Assembly: GCA_964016885.1 (NCBI GenBank) | Contig: OZ024741.1 | Span: 361,522,001-361,586,000 of the forward strand | Origin: Eledone cirrhosa | Taxonomy: Eukaryota | DNA length: 64,000 nucleotides | Direction of reading: 5' to 3' | Shown: piece after piece, positions 1 to 15,000 of the stretch | Position numbering within the stretch: position 1 is the stretch's first letter | Layout of the letters: the number at the start of each line of letters is the position of its first letter | Translations under genes and position numbers: made by a program | Notes under the pieces: generated by a model | Databases searched by the model: none | What the model was told of the DNA's origin: nothing | Seen by the model: the letters and a program-made list of their open reading frames with translations, nothing else

Positions 1-3000
1 TTAGCTGGTTGTTATGGTGTTAGATGGTTGTTACGGTGTTAGATGGTTGTTATGGTGTTAGATGGTTGTTACAGTGTTAGATGGTTGTTATGGTGTTAGA
101 TGGTTGTTATGGTGTTATATGGTTGTTACAGTGTTAGATGGTTGTTATGGTTTTAGATGGTCGTTATGCTGTTAGATGGTTGTTATGGTGTTAGGTGTTT
201 GTTACAGAGTTAGATGGTTGTTATGGTGTTAGATGGTTTTTATGGTGTTAGATGGTTGTTACAGAGTTAGATGGTTGTTATGGTGTTAGATGGTTGTTAT
301 GGTGTTAGATGGTTGTTATGGTGTTAGATGGTTGTTATGGTGTTATATGGTTGTTACAATGTTAGATGGTCGTTATGGTGTTAGATGGTTGTTATGGTGT
401 CAGATGGTTGTTATGGTGTTAGATGGTTGTTATGGTGTTAGATGGTTGTTTCAGTGTTAGATGGTTGTCATGGTGTTAGATGGTTGTTACAGTGTTAGAT
501 GGTTGTTACAGTGTTACATGATTGTTACAGTGTTAGATGGTTGTTACAGTGTTAGATGGTTGTTATGGTGTTAGATGGTTGCTATGGTGTTATATGGTTG
601 TTATGGTGTTAGATGGTTGTTATGGTGTTAGATGGTTGTTACAGTTTTAGAATATTGTTATGGTGTTAGATGGTTGTTACAGTGTTAGATGGTTGTTACG
701 GTGTTAGATGGTTGTTATAATGTTAGATGGTTGTTATAATGTTAGATGGTTGTTATGGTGTTAGATGGTTGTTACAGTGTTAGATGGTTGTTATGGTGTT
801 ATATGGTTGTTATGCTGTTAGATGGTTGTTATGGTGTTAGGTGTTTGTTACAGAGTTAGATGGTTGTTATGGTGTTAGATGGTTGTTATGGTGTTAGATG
901 GTTGTTATGGTGTTAGATGGTTGTTAGGGTGTTAAATTGTTGTTACAGTGTTAGATGGTTGTTATGGTGTTAGATGGTTGTTACAGTGTTAGATGGTTGT
1001 TATGGTGTTACATGATTGTTGTGGTGTTAGATGGTTGTTTCAGTATTAGATGGTTGTTTCAGTATTAGATGGTTGTTACAGTGTTAGATGGTTGTTATGG
1101 TGTTAGATGGTTGTTACAGTGTTAGATGGTTGTTATGGTGTTAGATGGTTGTTATGGTGTTAGATGGTTGTTACAGTGTTAGATGGTTGTTATGGTGTTA
1201 GATGGTTGTTATGGTGTTAGATGGTTGTTATGGTGTTAGATGGTTGTTACAGTATTAGATGGTTGTTATGTTGTTAGATGGTTGTTATGGTGTTAGATGG
1301 TTGTTACAGTGTTAGATGGTTGTTATGGTGTTAGATGGTTGTTACAGTGTTAGATGGTTGTTATGGTGTTAGATGGTTGTTATGGTGTTATATGGTTGTT
1401 ACAGTGTTAGATGGTTGTTATGGTTTTAGATGGTCGTTATGCTGTTAGATGGTTGTTATGGTGTTAGGTGTTTGTTACAGAGTTAGATGGTTGTTATGGT
1501 GTTAGATGGTTTTTATGGTGTTAGATGGTTGTTACAGAGTTAGATGGTTGTTATGGTGTTAGATGGTTGTTTCAGTGTTAGATGGTTGTTATGGTGTTAG
1601 ATGGTTGTTATGGTGTTATATGGTTGTTACAATGTTAGATGGTCGTTATGGTGTTAGATGGTTGTTATGGTGTCAGATGGTTGTTATGGTGTTAGATGGT
1701 TGTTATGGTGTTAGATGGTTGTTTCAGTGTTAGATGGTTGTCATGGTGTTAGATGGTTGTTACAGTGTTAGATGGTTGTTACAGTGTTACATGATTGTTA
1801 CAGTGTTAGATGGTTGTTACAGGGTTAGATGGTTGTTATGGTGTTAGATTGTTGCTATGGTGTTATATGGTTGTTATGGTGTTAGATGGTTGTTATGGTG
1901 TTAGATGGTTGTTACAGTTTTAGAATATTGTTATGGTGTTAGATGGTTGTTACAGTGTTAGATGGTTGTTATGGTGTTAGATGGTTGTTATGGTGTTAGA
2001 TGGTTGTTACAATGTTAGATGGTCGTTATGGTGTTAGATGGTTGTTATGGTGTTAGATGGTTGTTACAGTGTTAGATGGTTGTTATGGTGTTATATGGTT
2101 GTTATGCTGTTAGATGGTTGTTATGGTGTTAGGTGTTTGTTACAGAGTTAGATGGTTGTTATGGTGTTAGATGGTTTTTATGGTGTTAGATGGTTGTTAC
2201 AGAGTTAGATGGTTGTTATGGTGTTAGATGGTTGTTACAGTGTTAGATGGTTGTTACAGTGTTAGATGGTTGTTATGGTTTTAGATGGTCGTTATGCTGT
2301 TAGATGGTTGTTATGGTGTTAGGTGTTTGTTACAGAGTTAGATGGTTGTTATGGTGTTAGATGGTTTTTATGGTGTTAGATGGTTGTTACAGAGTTAGAT
2401 GGTTGTTATGGTGTTAGATGGTTGTTTCAGTGTTAGATGGTTGTTATGGTGTTAGATGGTTGTTATGGTGTTATATGGTTGTTACAATGTTAGATGGTCG
2501 TTATGGTGTTAGATGGTTGTTATGGTGTCAGATGGTTGTTATGGTGTTAGATGGTTGTTATGGTGTTAGATGGTTGTTTCAGTGTTAGATGGTTGTCATG
2601 GTGTTAGATGGTTGTTACAGTGTTACATGATTGTTACAGTGTTAGATGGTTGTTACAGGGTTAGATGGTTGTTATGGTGTTAGATTGTTGCTATGGTGTT
2701 ATATGGTTGTTATGGTGTTAGATGGTTGTTATGGTGTTAGATGGTTGTTACAGTTTTAGAATATTGTTATGGTGTTAGATGGTTGTTACAGTGTTAGATG
2801 GTTGTTCTGGTGTTAGATGGTTGTTATGGTGTTAGATGGTTGTTACAATGTTAGATGGTCGTTATGGTGTTAGATGGTTGTTATGGTGTTAGATGGTTGT
2901 TACAGTGTTAGATGGTTGTTATGGTGTTATATGGTTGTTATGCTGTTAGATGGTTGTTATGGTGTTAGGTGTTTGTTACAGAGTTAGATGGTTGTTATGG

Positions 3001-6000
3001 TGTTAGATGGTTTTTATGGTGTTAGATGGTTGTTACAGAGTTAGATGGTTGTTATGGTGTTAGATGGTTGTTACAGTGTTAGATGGTTGTTACAGTGTTA
3101 GATGGTTGTTATGGTGTTAGATGGTTATGGTGTTAGATGGTTGTTATGGTGTTAGGTGGTTGTTACAGGGTTAGATGGTTATTATGGTGTTAGATGGTTG
3201 TTATGGTGTTAGATAGTTGCTATGGAGTTATATGGTTGTTATGGTGTTAGATGGTTGTTACAGTTTTAGATGGTTGTTATGGTGTTAGATGGTTGTTACA
3301 GAGTTAGATGGTTGTTATGGTGTTAGATGGTTGTTACAGTGTTAGATGGTTGTTACAGTGTTAGATGGTTGTTATGGTGTTAGATGGTTGTTATGGTGTT
3401 AGATGGTTGTTATGGTGTTAGGTGGTTGTTACAGGGTTAGATGGTTATTATGGTGTTAGATGGTTGTTATGGTGTTAGATAGTTGCTATGGAGTTATATG
3501 GTTGTTATGGTGTTAGATGGTTGTTACAGTTTTAGATGGTTGTTATGGTGTTAGATGGTTGTTACAGTGCTAGATGGTTGTTATGGTGTTAGATGGTTGT
3601 TATGGGGTTATATGGTTGTTACAGTGTTAGATCGTTGTTATGGTGTTATATGGTTGTTACAGTGTTATATGGTTGTTATGGTGTTAGATGGTTGTTACAG
3701 TGTTAGATGGTTGTTACAGTGTTAGATGCTTGTTATGGTATTAGATGGTTGTTACAATGGTAGATGGTTGTTACAGTGTTACATGGTTGTTATGTTGTTA
3801 GATGGTTGTTACAGTGTTAGATGGTTTTATGGTTTTAGATGGTTGTTATGGTGTCACATGGTTGTTATGGTGTTAGATGGTTGCTATGGTGTTATATGGT
3901 TGTTATGGTGTCAGATGGTTGTTATGGTTTTAGATGGTTGTTATGGTGTTAGATGGTTGTTACAGTGTTAGATGTTTGCTATGGTGTTATATGGTTGATA
4001 TGGTGTTAGATGGTTGTTATGGTGTTAGATGGTTGTTATGGTGTTAGATGGTTGTTACGGTGTTAGATGGTTGTTATGGTGTTAGATGGTTGTTACAGTG
4101 TTAGATGGTTGTTATGGTGTTAGATGGTTGTTATGGTGTTATATGGTTGTTACAGTGTTAGATGGTTGTTATGGTTTTAGACGGTCGTTATGCTGTTAGA
4201 TGGTTGTTATGGTGTTAGGTGTTTGTTACAGAGTTAGATGGTTGTTATGGTGTTAGATGGTTTTTATGGTGTTAGATGGTTGTTACAGAGTTAGATGGTT
4301 GTTATGGTGTTAGATGGTTGTTATGGTGTTAGATGGTTGTTATGGTGTTAGATGGTTGTTATGGTGTTATATGGTTGTTACAATGTTAGATGGTCGTTAT
4401 GGTGTTAGATGGTTGTTATGGTGTCAGATGGTTGTTATGGTGTTAGATGGTTGTTATGGTGTTAGATGGTTGTTTCAGTGTTAGATGGTTGTCATGGTGT
4501 TAGATGGTTGTTACAGTGTTAGATGGTTGTTACAGTGTTACATGATTGTTACAGTGTTAGATGGTTGTTACAGGGTTAGATGGTTGTTATGGTGTTAGAT
4601 GGTTGCTATGGTGTTATATGGTTGTTATGGTGTTAGATGGTTGTTATGGTGTTAGATGGTTGTTACAGTTTTAGAATATTGTTATGGTGTTAGATGGTTG
4701 TTACGGTGTTAGATGGTTGTTATAATGTTAGATGGTTGTTATAATGTTAGATGGTTGTTATGGTGTTAGATGGTTGTTACAGTGTTAGATGGTTGTTATG
4801 GTGTTATATGGTTGTTATGCTGTTAGATGGTTGTTATGGTGTTAGGTGTTTGTTACAGAGTTAGATGGTTGTTATGGTGTTAGATGGTTTTTATGGTGTT
4901 AGATGGTTGTTACAGAGTTAGATGGTTGTTATGGTGTTAGATGGTTGTTACAGTGTTAGATGGTTGTTACAGTGTTAGATGGTTGTTATGGTGTTAGATG
5001 GTTGTTATGGTGTTAGATGGTTGTTATGGTGTTAGGTGGTTGTTACAGGGTTAGATGGTTATTATGGTGTTAGATGGTTGTTATGGTGTTAGATAGTTGC
5101 TATGGAGTTATATGGTTGTTATGGTGTTAGATGGTTGTTACAGTTTTAGATGGTTGTTATGGTGTTAGATGGTTGTTACAGTGCTAGATGGTTGTTATGG
5201 TGTTAGATGGTTGTTATGGGGTTATATGGTTGTTACAGTGTTAGATCGTTGTTACGGTGTTAGATCGTTGTTATGGTGTTATATGGTTGTTATGGTGTTA
5301 GATGGTTGTTACAGTGTTAGATGGTTGTTACAGTGTTAGATGCTTGTTATGGTGTTAGATGGTTGTTATGGTGTTAGATGGTTGTTACAGTGTTAGATGG
5401 TTGTTACAGTGTTAGATGCTTGTTATGGTATTAGATGGTTGTTACAATGGTAGATGGTTGTTACAGTGTTACATGGTTATGTTGTTAGATGGTTGTTACA
5501 GTGTTAGATGGTTTTATGGTTTTAGATGGTTGTTATGGTGTCACATGGTTGTTATGGTGTTAGATGGTTGCTATGGTGTTATATGGTTGTTATGGTGTCA
5601 CATGGTTGTTATGGTGTTAGATGGTTGTTATGGTTTTAGATGGTTGTTATGGTGTTAGATGGTTGTTACAGTGTTAGATGTTTGCTATGGTGTTATATGG
5701 TTGATATGGTGTTAGATGGTTGTTATGGTGTTAGATGGTTGCTACAGTGTTAGATGGTTGTTATGGTGTTAGATGGTTGTTATGGTGTTAGATGGTTGTT
5801 ACAGTGTTAGATGGTTGTTAGGGTGTTAAATTGTTGTTACAGAGTTAGATGGTTGTTATGGTGTTAGATGGTTGTTACAGTGTTAGATGGTTGTTACAGT
5901 GTTAGATGGTTGTTATGGTGTTAGATGGTTGTTATGGTGTTAGATGGTTGTTATGGTGTTAGGTGGTTGTTACAGGGTTAGATGGTTATTATGGTGTTAG

Positions 6001-9000
6001 ATGGTTGTTATGGTGTTAGATAGTTGCTATGGAGTTATATGGTTGTTATGGTGTTAGATGGTTGTTACAGTTTTAGATGGTTGTTATGGTGTTAGATGGT
6101 TTTTATGGTGTTAGATGGTTGTTACAGAGTTAGATGGTTGTTATGGTGTTAGATGGTTGTTACAGTGTTAGATGGTTGTTACAGTGTTAGATGGTTGTTA
6201 TGGTGTTAGATGGTTGTTATGGTGTTAGATGGTTGTTATGGTGTTAGGTGGTTGTTACAGGGTTAGATGGTTATTATGGTGTTAGATGGTTGTTATGGTG
6301 TTAGATAGTTGCTATGGAGTTATATGGTTGTTATGGTGTTAGATGGTTGTTACAGTTTTAGATGGTTGTTATGGTGTTAGATGGTTGTTACAGTGCTAGA
6401 TGGTTGTTATGGTGTTAGATGGTTGTTATGGGGTTATATGGTTGTTACAGTGTTAGATCGTTGTTATGGTGTTATATGGTTGTTACAGTGTTATATGGTT
6501 GTTATGATGTTAGATGGTTGTTACAGTGTTAGATGGTTGTTACAGTGTTAGATGCTTGTTATGGTGTTAGATGGTTGTTATGGTGTTAGATGGTTGTTAC
6601 AGTGTTAGATGGTTGTTACAGTGTTAGATGCTTGTTATGGTATTAGATGGTTGTTACAATGGTAGATGGTTGTTACAGTGTTACATGTTGTTATGTTGTT
6701 AGATGGTTGTTACAGTGTTAGATGGTTTTATGGTTTTAGATGGTTGTTATGGTGTCACATGGTTGTTATGGTGTTAGATGGTTGCTATGGTGTTATATGG
6801 TTGTTATGGTGTCAGATGGTTGTTATGGTGTTAGATGGTTGTTATGGTTTTAGATGGTTGTTATGGTGTTAGATGGTTGTTACAGTGTTAGATGTTTGCT
6901 ATGGTGTTATATGGTTGATATGGTGTTAGATGGTTGTTATGGTGTTAGATGGTTGTTACGGTGTGAGATGGTTGTTATGGTGTTAGATGGTTGTTATGGT
7001 GTTAGATGGTTGTTACAGTGTTAGATGGTTGTTAGGGTGTTAAATTGTTGTTACAGTGTTAGATGGTTGTTATGGTGTTAGATGGTTGTTACAGTGTTAG
7101 ATGGTTGTTATGGTGTTACATGATTGTTGTGGTGTTAGATGGTTGTTTCAGTATTAGATGGTTGTTACAGTGTTAGATGGTTGTTATGGTGTTAGATGGT
7201 TGTTACAGTGTTAGATGGTTGTTATGGTGTTAGATGGTTGTTATGGTGTTAGATGGTTGTTACAGTGTTAGATGGTTGTTATGGTGTTAGATGGTTGTTA
7301 TGGTGTTAGATGGTTGTTTCAGTGTTAGATGGTTGTTATGGTGTTAGATGGTTGTTATGGTGTTATATGGTTGTTACAATGTTAGATGGTCGTTATGGTG
7401 TTAGATGGTTGTTATGGTGTTAGATGGTTGTTACAGTGTTAGATGGTTGTTATGGTGTTAGATGGTTGTTATGGTGTTAGATGGTTGTTACAGTATTAGA
7501 TGGTTGTTATGTTGTTAGATGGTTGTTATGGTGTTAGATGGTTGTTACAATGTTAGATGGTTGTTATGGTGTTAGATGGTTGTTACAGTGTTAGATGGTT
7601 GTTATGGTGTTAGATGGTTGTTATGGTGTTATATGGTTGTTACAGTGTTAGATGGTTGTTATGGTTTTAGATGGTCGTTATGCTGTTAGATGGTTGTTAT
7701 GGTGTTAGGTGTTTGTTACAGAGTTAGATGGTTGTTATGGTGTTAGATGGTTTTTATGGTGTTAGATGGTTGTTACAGAGTTAGATGGTTGTTATGGTGT
7801 TAGATGGTTGTTATGGTGTTAGATGGTTGTTATGGTGTTAGATGGTTGTTATGGTGTTATATGGTTGTTACAATGTTAGATGGTCGTTATGGTGTTAGAT
7901 GGTTGTTATGGTGTCAGATGGTTGTTATGGTGTCAGATGGTTGTTATGGTGTTAGATGGTTGTTATGGTGTTAGATGGTTGTTTCAGTGTTAGATGGTTG
8001 TCATGGTGTTAGATGGTTGTTACAGTGTTAGATGGTTGTTACAGTGTTACATGATTGTTACAGTGTTAGATGGTTGTTACAGGGTTAGATGGTTGTTATG
8101 GTGTTAGATGGTTGCTATGGTGTTATATGGTTGTTATGGTGTTAGATGGTTGTTATGGTGTTAGATGGTTGTTACAGTTTTAGAATATTGTTATGGTGTT
8201 AGATGGTTGTTACAGTGTTAGATGGTTGTTACGGTGTTAGATGGTTGTTATAATGTTAGATGGTTGTTATAATGTTAGATGGTTGTTATGGTGTTAGATG
8301 GTTGTTACAGTGTTAGATGGTTGTTATGGTGTTATATGGTTGTTATGCTGTTAGATGGTTGTTATGGTGTTAGGTGTTTGTTACACAGTTAGATGGTTGT
8401 TATGGTGTTAGATGGTTTTTATGGTGTTAGATGGTTGTTACAGAGTTAGATGGTTGTTATGGTGTTAGATGGTTGTTACAGTGTTAGATGGTTGTTACAG
8501 TGTTAGATGGTTGTTATGGTGTTAGATGGTTGTTATGGTGTTAGATGGTTGTTATGGTGTTAGGTGGTTGTTACAGGGTTAGATGGTTATTATGGTGTTA
8601 GATGGTTGTTATGGTGTTAGATAGTTGCTATGGAGTTATATAGTTGTTATGGTGTTAGATGGTTGTTACAGTTTTAGATGGTTGTTATGGTGTTAGATGG
8701 TTGTTACAGTGCTAGATGGTTGTTATGGTGTTAGATGGTTGTTATGGGGTTATATGGTTGTTACAGTGTTAGATCGTTGTTATGGTGTTATATGGTTGTT
8801 ACAGTGTTATATGGTTGTTATGGTGTTAGATGGTTGTTACAGTGTTAGATGGTTGTTACAGTGTTAGATGCTTGTTATGGTGTTAGATGGTTGTTATGGT
8901 GTTAGATGGTTGTTACAGTGTTAGATGGTTGTTACAGTGTTAGATGCTTGTTATGGTATTAGATGGTTGTTACAATGGTAGATGGTTGTTACAGTGTTAC

Positions 9001-12000
9001 ATGGTAATGTTGTTAGATGGTTGTTACAGTGTTATAAGGTTTTATGGTTTTAGATGGTTGTTATGGTGTCACATGGTTGTTATGGTGTTAGATGGTTGCT
9101 ATGGTGTTATATGGTTGTTATGGTGTCAGATGGTTGTTATGGTGTTAGATGGTTGTTATGGTTTTAGATGGTTGTTATGGTGTTAGATGGTTGTTACAGT
9201 GTTAGATGTTTGCTATGGTGTTATATGGTTGATATGGTGTTAGATGGTTGTTATGGTGTTAGATGGTTGCTACAGTGTTAGATGGTTGTTATGGTGTTAG
9301 ATGGTTGTTATGGTGTTAGATGGTTGTTACAGTGTTAGATGGTTGTTAGGGTGTTAAATTGTTGTTACAGAGTTAGATGGTTGTTATGGTGTTAGATGGT
9401 TGTTACAGTGTTAGATGGTTGTTACAGTGTTAGATGGTTGTTATGGTGTTAGATGGTTGTTATGGTGTTAGATGGTTGTTATGGTGTTAGGTGGTTGTTA
9501 CAGGGTTAGATGGTTATTATGGTGTTAGATGGTTGTTATGGTGTTAGATAGTTGCTATGGAGTTATATGGTTGTTATGGTGTTAGATGGTTGTTATGGTG
9601 TTAGATGGTTTTTATGGTGTTAGATGGTTGTTACAGAGTTAGATGGTTGTTATGGTGTTAGATGGTTGTTACAGTGTTAGATGGTTGTTACAGTGTTAGA
9701 TGGTTGTTATGGTGTTAGATGGTTGTTATGGTGTTAGATGGTTGTTATGGTGTTAGGTGGTTGTTACAGGGTTAGATGGTTATTATGGTGTTAGATGGTT
9801 GTTATGGTGTTAGATAGTTGCTATGGAGTTATATGGTTGTTATGGTGTTAGATGGTTGTTACAGTTTTATATGGTTGTTATGGTGTTAGATGGTTGTTAC
9901 AGTGCTAGATGGTTGTTATGGTGTTAGATGGTTGTTATGGGGTTATATGGTTGTTACAGTGTTAGATCGTTGTTATGGTGTTATATGGTTGTTACAGTGT
10001 TATATGGTTGTTATGATGTTAGATGGTTGTTACAGTGTTAGATGGTTGTTACAGTGTTAGATGCTTGTTATGGTATTAGATGGTTGTTACAATGGTAGAT
10101 GGTTGTTACAGTGTTACATGTTGTTATGTTGTTAGATGGTTGTTACAGTGTTAGATGGTTTTATGGTTTTAGATGGTTGTTATGGTGTCACATGGTTGTT
10201 ATGGTGTTAGATGGTTGCTATGGTGTTATATGGTTGTTATGGTGTCAGATGGTTGTTATGGTGTTAGATGGTTGTTATGGTTTTAGATGGTTGTTATGGT
10301 GTTAGATGGTTGTTACAGTGTTAGATGTTTGCTATGGTGTTATATGGTTGATATGGTGTTAGATGGTTGTTATGGTGTTAGATGGTTGTTACGGTGTTAG
10401 AGGGTTGTTATGGTGTTAGATGGTTGTTATGGTGTTAGATGGTTGTTACAGTGTTAGATGGTTGTTAGGGTGTTAAATTGTTGTTACAGTGTTAGATGGT
10501 TGTTATGGTGTTAGATGGTTGTTACAGTGTTAGATGGTTGTTATGGTGTTACATGATTGTTGTGGTGTTAGATGGTTGTTTCAGTATTAGATGGTTGTTA
10601 CAGTGTTAGATGGTTGTTATGGTGTTAGATGGTTGTTACAGTGTTAGATGGTTGTTATGGTGTTAGATGGTTGTTATGGTGTTAGATGGTTGTTACAGTG
10701 TTAGATGGTTGTTATGGTGTTAGATGGTTGTTATGGTGTTAGATGGTTGTTACAGTATTAGATGGTTGTTATGTTGTTAGATGGTTGTTATGGTGTTAGA
10801 TGGTTGTTACAATGTTAGATGGTTGTTATGGTGTTAGATGGTTGTTACAGTGTTAGATGGTTGTTATGGTGTTATATGGTTGTTACAGTGTTAGATGGTT
10901 GTTATGGTTTTAGATGGTCGTTATGCTGTTAGATGGTTGTTATGGTGTTAGGTGTTTGTTACAGAGTTAGATGGTTGTTATGGTGTTAGATGGTTTTTAT
11001 GGTGTTAGATGGTTGTTTCAGTGTTAGATGGTTGTTATGGTGTTATATGGTTGTTACAATGTTAGATGGTCGTTATGGTGTTAGATGGTTGTTATGGTGT
11101 CAGATGGTTGTTATGGTGTTAGATGGTTGTTATGGTGTTAGATGGTTGTTTCAGTGTTAGATGGTTGTCATGGTGTTAGATGGTTGTTACAGTGTTAGAT
11201 GGTTGTTACAGTGTTACATGATTGTTACAGTGTTAGATGGTTGTTACAGGGTTAGATGGTTGTTATGGTGTTAGATGGTTGCTATGGTGTTATATGGTTG
11301 TTATGGTGTTAGATGGTTGTTATGGTGTTAGATGGTTGTTACAGTTTTAGAATATTGTTATGGTGTTAGATGGTTGTTACAGTGTTAGATGGTTGTTATG
11401 GTATTAGATGGTTGTTATGGTGTTAGATGGTTGTTACAATGTTAGATGGTCGTTATGGTGTTAGATGGTTGTTATGGTGTTAGATGGTTGTTACAGTGTT
11501 AGATGGTTGTTATGGTGTTATATGGTTGTTATGCTGTTAGATGGTTGTTATGGTGTTAGGTGTTTGTTACAGAGTTAGATGGTTGTTATGGTGTTAGATG
11601 GTTTTTATGGTGTTAGATGGTTGTTACAGAGTTAGATGGTTGTTACAGTGTTAGATGGTTGTTATGGTGTTAGATGGTTGTTATGGTGTTAGATGGTTGT
11701 TATGGTGTTAGGTGGTTGTTACAGGGTTAGATGGTTATTATGGTGTTAGATGGTTGTTATGGTGTTAGATAGTTGCTATGGAGTTATATGGTTGTTATGG
11801 TGTTAGATGGTTGTTACAGTTTTAGATGGTTGTTATGGTGTTAGATGGTTGTTACAGTGCTAGATGGTTGTTATGGTGTTAGATGGTTGTTATGGGGTTA
11901 TATGGTTGTTACAGTGTTAGATCGTTGTTATGGTGTTATATGGTTGTTACAGTGTTATATGGTTGTTATGGTGTTAGATGGTTGTTACAGTGTTAGATGG

Positions 12001-15000
12001 TTGTTACAGTGTTAGATGCTTGTTATGGTGTTAGATGGTTGTTATGGTGTTAGATGGTTGTTACAGTGTTAGATGGTTGTTACAGTGTTAGATGCTTGTT
12101 ATGGTATTAGATGGTTGTTACAATGGTAGATGGTTGTTACAGTGTTACATGGTTGTTATGTTGTTAGATGGTTGTTACAGTGTTAGATGGTTTTATGGTT
12201 TTATATGGTTGTTATGGTGTCACATGGTTGTTATGGTGTTAGATGGTTGCTATGGTGTTATATGGTTGTTATGGTGTCAGATGGTTGTTATGGTGTTAGA
12301 TGGTTGTTATGGTTTTAGATGGTTGTTATGGTATTAGATGGTTGTTACAGTGTTAGATGTTTGCTATGGTGTTATATGGTTGATATGGTGTTAGATGGTT
12401 GTTATGGTGTTAGATGGTTGTTACGGTGTTAGATGGTTGTTATGGTGTTAGATGGTTGTTATGGTGTTAGATGGTTGTTATGGTGTTAGATGGTTGTTAC
12501 AGTGTTAGATGGTTGTTAGGGTGTTAAATTGTTGTTACAGTGTTAGATGGTTGTTATGGTGTTAGATGGTTGTTACAGTGTTAGATGGTTGTTATGGTGT
12601 TACATGATTGTTGTGGTGTTAGATGGTTGTTTCAGTATTAGATGGTTGTTACAGTGTTAGATGGTTGTTACAGTGTTAGATGGTTGTTATGGTGTTAGAT
12701 GGTTGTTACGGTGTTAGATGGTTGTTACAGTGTTAGATGGTTGTTATGGTGTTAGATGGTTGTTATGGTGTTAGATGGTTGTTACAGTATTAGATGGTTG
12801 TTATGTTGTTAGATGGTTGTTATGGTGTTAGATGGTTGTTACAGTGTTAGATGGTTGTTATGGTGTTAGCTGGTTGTTACAGTGTTAGATGGTTGTTATG
12901 GTGTTAGATGGTTGTTATGGTGTTATATGGTTGTTACAGTGTTAGATGGTTGTTATGGTTTTAGATGGTCGTTATGGTGTTAGATGGTTGTTATGGTTTA
13001 GATGGTTATGCTGTTACATGGTTTTTATGGTGTTAGATGGTTGTTACAGTGTTAGATGGTTGCTATGTTGTATATGGTTGTTATGGTGTCACATGGTTGT
13101 TACAGTGTTAGATGGTTGTTATGGTGTTAGATGGTTGTTACAATGTTAGATGGTCTTTATGGTGTTAGATGGTTGTTAGTGTTAGATGATTGTTATGGTG
13201 TTATATGGTTGTTACAGTGTTAGATGGTTGTTATGGTGTTAGATGGTTGTTATGGTGTTATATGGTTGTTACAGTGTTTGATGGTTGTTAGACTGTTATA
13301 TGGTTGTTATGGTGTTAGATGGTTGTTACAGTGTTAGATGGTTGTTATGGTGTTAGATGGTTGTTATGGTTTTAGATGGTTGTTACAGTGTTAGATGGTT
13401 GTTATGGTGTTAGATGGTTGTTATGGGGTTAGATGGTTCTTACAGTGTTAGATGGTTGTTATGGTTTTAGATGCTTGTTATGGTGTTATATGGTTGTCAT
13501 GGTGTCACATTATTGTCATGGTGCTACATGGTTGTTTTGGTGTGAGATGGTTGCTATGGTGTTATATGGTTGTTCTGGTCTCAGATGGTTGTTATGGTGT
13601 TAGATGGTTGTTATGGTTTTAGACGGTTGTTATGGTGTTAGATGGTTGTTACAGTGTTAGATGGTTGTTATGGTGTTAGATGGTTGTCATGGTGTTTGAT
13701 GGTTGTTAGAGTGTTAGATGGTTGTTACAGTGTTAGATGTTTGCTATGGTGTTATATGGTTGATATGGTGTTAGATGGTTGTTATGGTGTTATATGGTTG
13801 TTATGGTGTTAGATGGTTGTTATGGTGTTATATGGTTGTTATGGTTTTAGATGGTTGTTATGGTGTTAGATGGTTGTTACAGTGTTAGATGTTTGCTATG
13901 GTGTTATATGGTTGATATGGTGTTAGATGGTTGTTATGGTGTTAGATGGTTGTTACGGTGTTAGAGGGTTGTTATGGTGTTAGATGGTTGTTATGGTGTT
14001 AGATGGTTGTTACAGTGTTAGATGGTTGTTAGGGTGTTAAATTGTTGTTACAGTGTTAGATGGTTGTTATGGTGTTAGATGGTTGTTACAGTGTTAGATG
14101 GTTGTTATGGTGTTACATGATTGTTGTGGTGTTAGATGGTTGTTTCAGTATTAGATGGTTGTTACAGTGTTAGATGGTTGTTATGGTGTTAGATGGTTGT
14201 TACAGTGTTAGATGGTTGTTATGGTGTTAGATGGTTGTTATGGTGTTAGATGGTTGTTACAGTGTTAGATGGTTGTTATGGTGTTAGATGGTTGTTATGG
14301 TGTTAGATGGTTGTTACAGTATTAGATGGTTGTTATGTTGTTAGATGGTTGTTATGGTGTTAGATGGTTGTTACAATGTTAGATGGTTGTTATGGTGTTA
14401 GATGGTTGTTACAGTGTTAGATGGTTGTTATGGTGTTATATGGTTGTTACAGTGTTAGATGGTTGTTATGGTTTTAGATGGTCGTTATGCTGTTAGATGG
14501 TTGTTATGGTGTTAGGTGTTTGTTACAGAGTTAGATGGTTGTTATGGTGTTAGATGGTTTTTATGGTGTTAGATGGTTGTTTCAGTGTTAGATGGTTGTT
14601 ATGGTGTTAGATGGTTGTTATGGTGTTATATGGTTGTTACAATGTTAGATGGTCGTTATGGTGTTAGATGGTTGTTATGGTGTCAGATGGTTGTTATGGT
14701 GTTAGATGGTTGTTATGGTGTTAGATGGTTGTTTCAGTGTTAGATGGTTGTCATGGTGTTAGATGGTTGTTACAGTGTTAGATGGTTGTTACAGTGTTAC
14801 ATGATTGTTACAGTGTTAGATGGTTGTTACAGGGTTAGATGGTTGTTATGGTGTTAGATGGTTGCTATGGTGTTATATGGTTGTTATGGTGTTAGATGGT
14901 TGTTATGGTGTTAGATGGTTGTTACAGTTTTAGAATATTGTTATGGTGTTAGATGGTTGTTACAGTGTTAGATGGTTGTTATGGTATTAGATGGTTGTTA

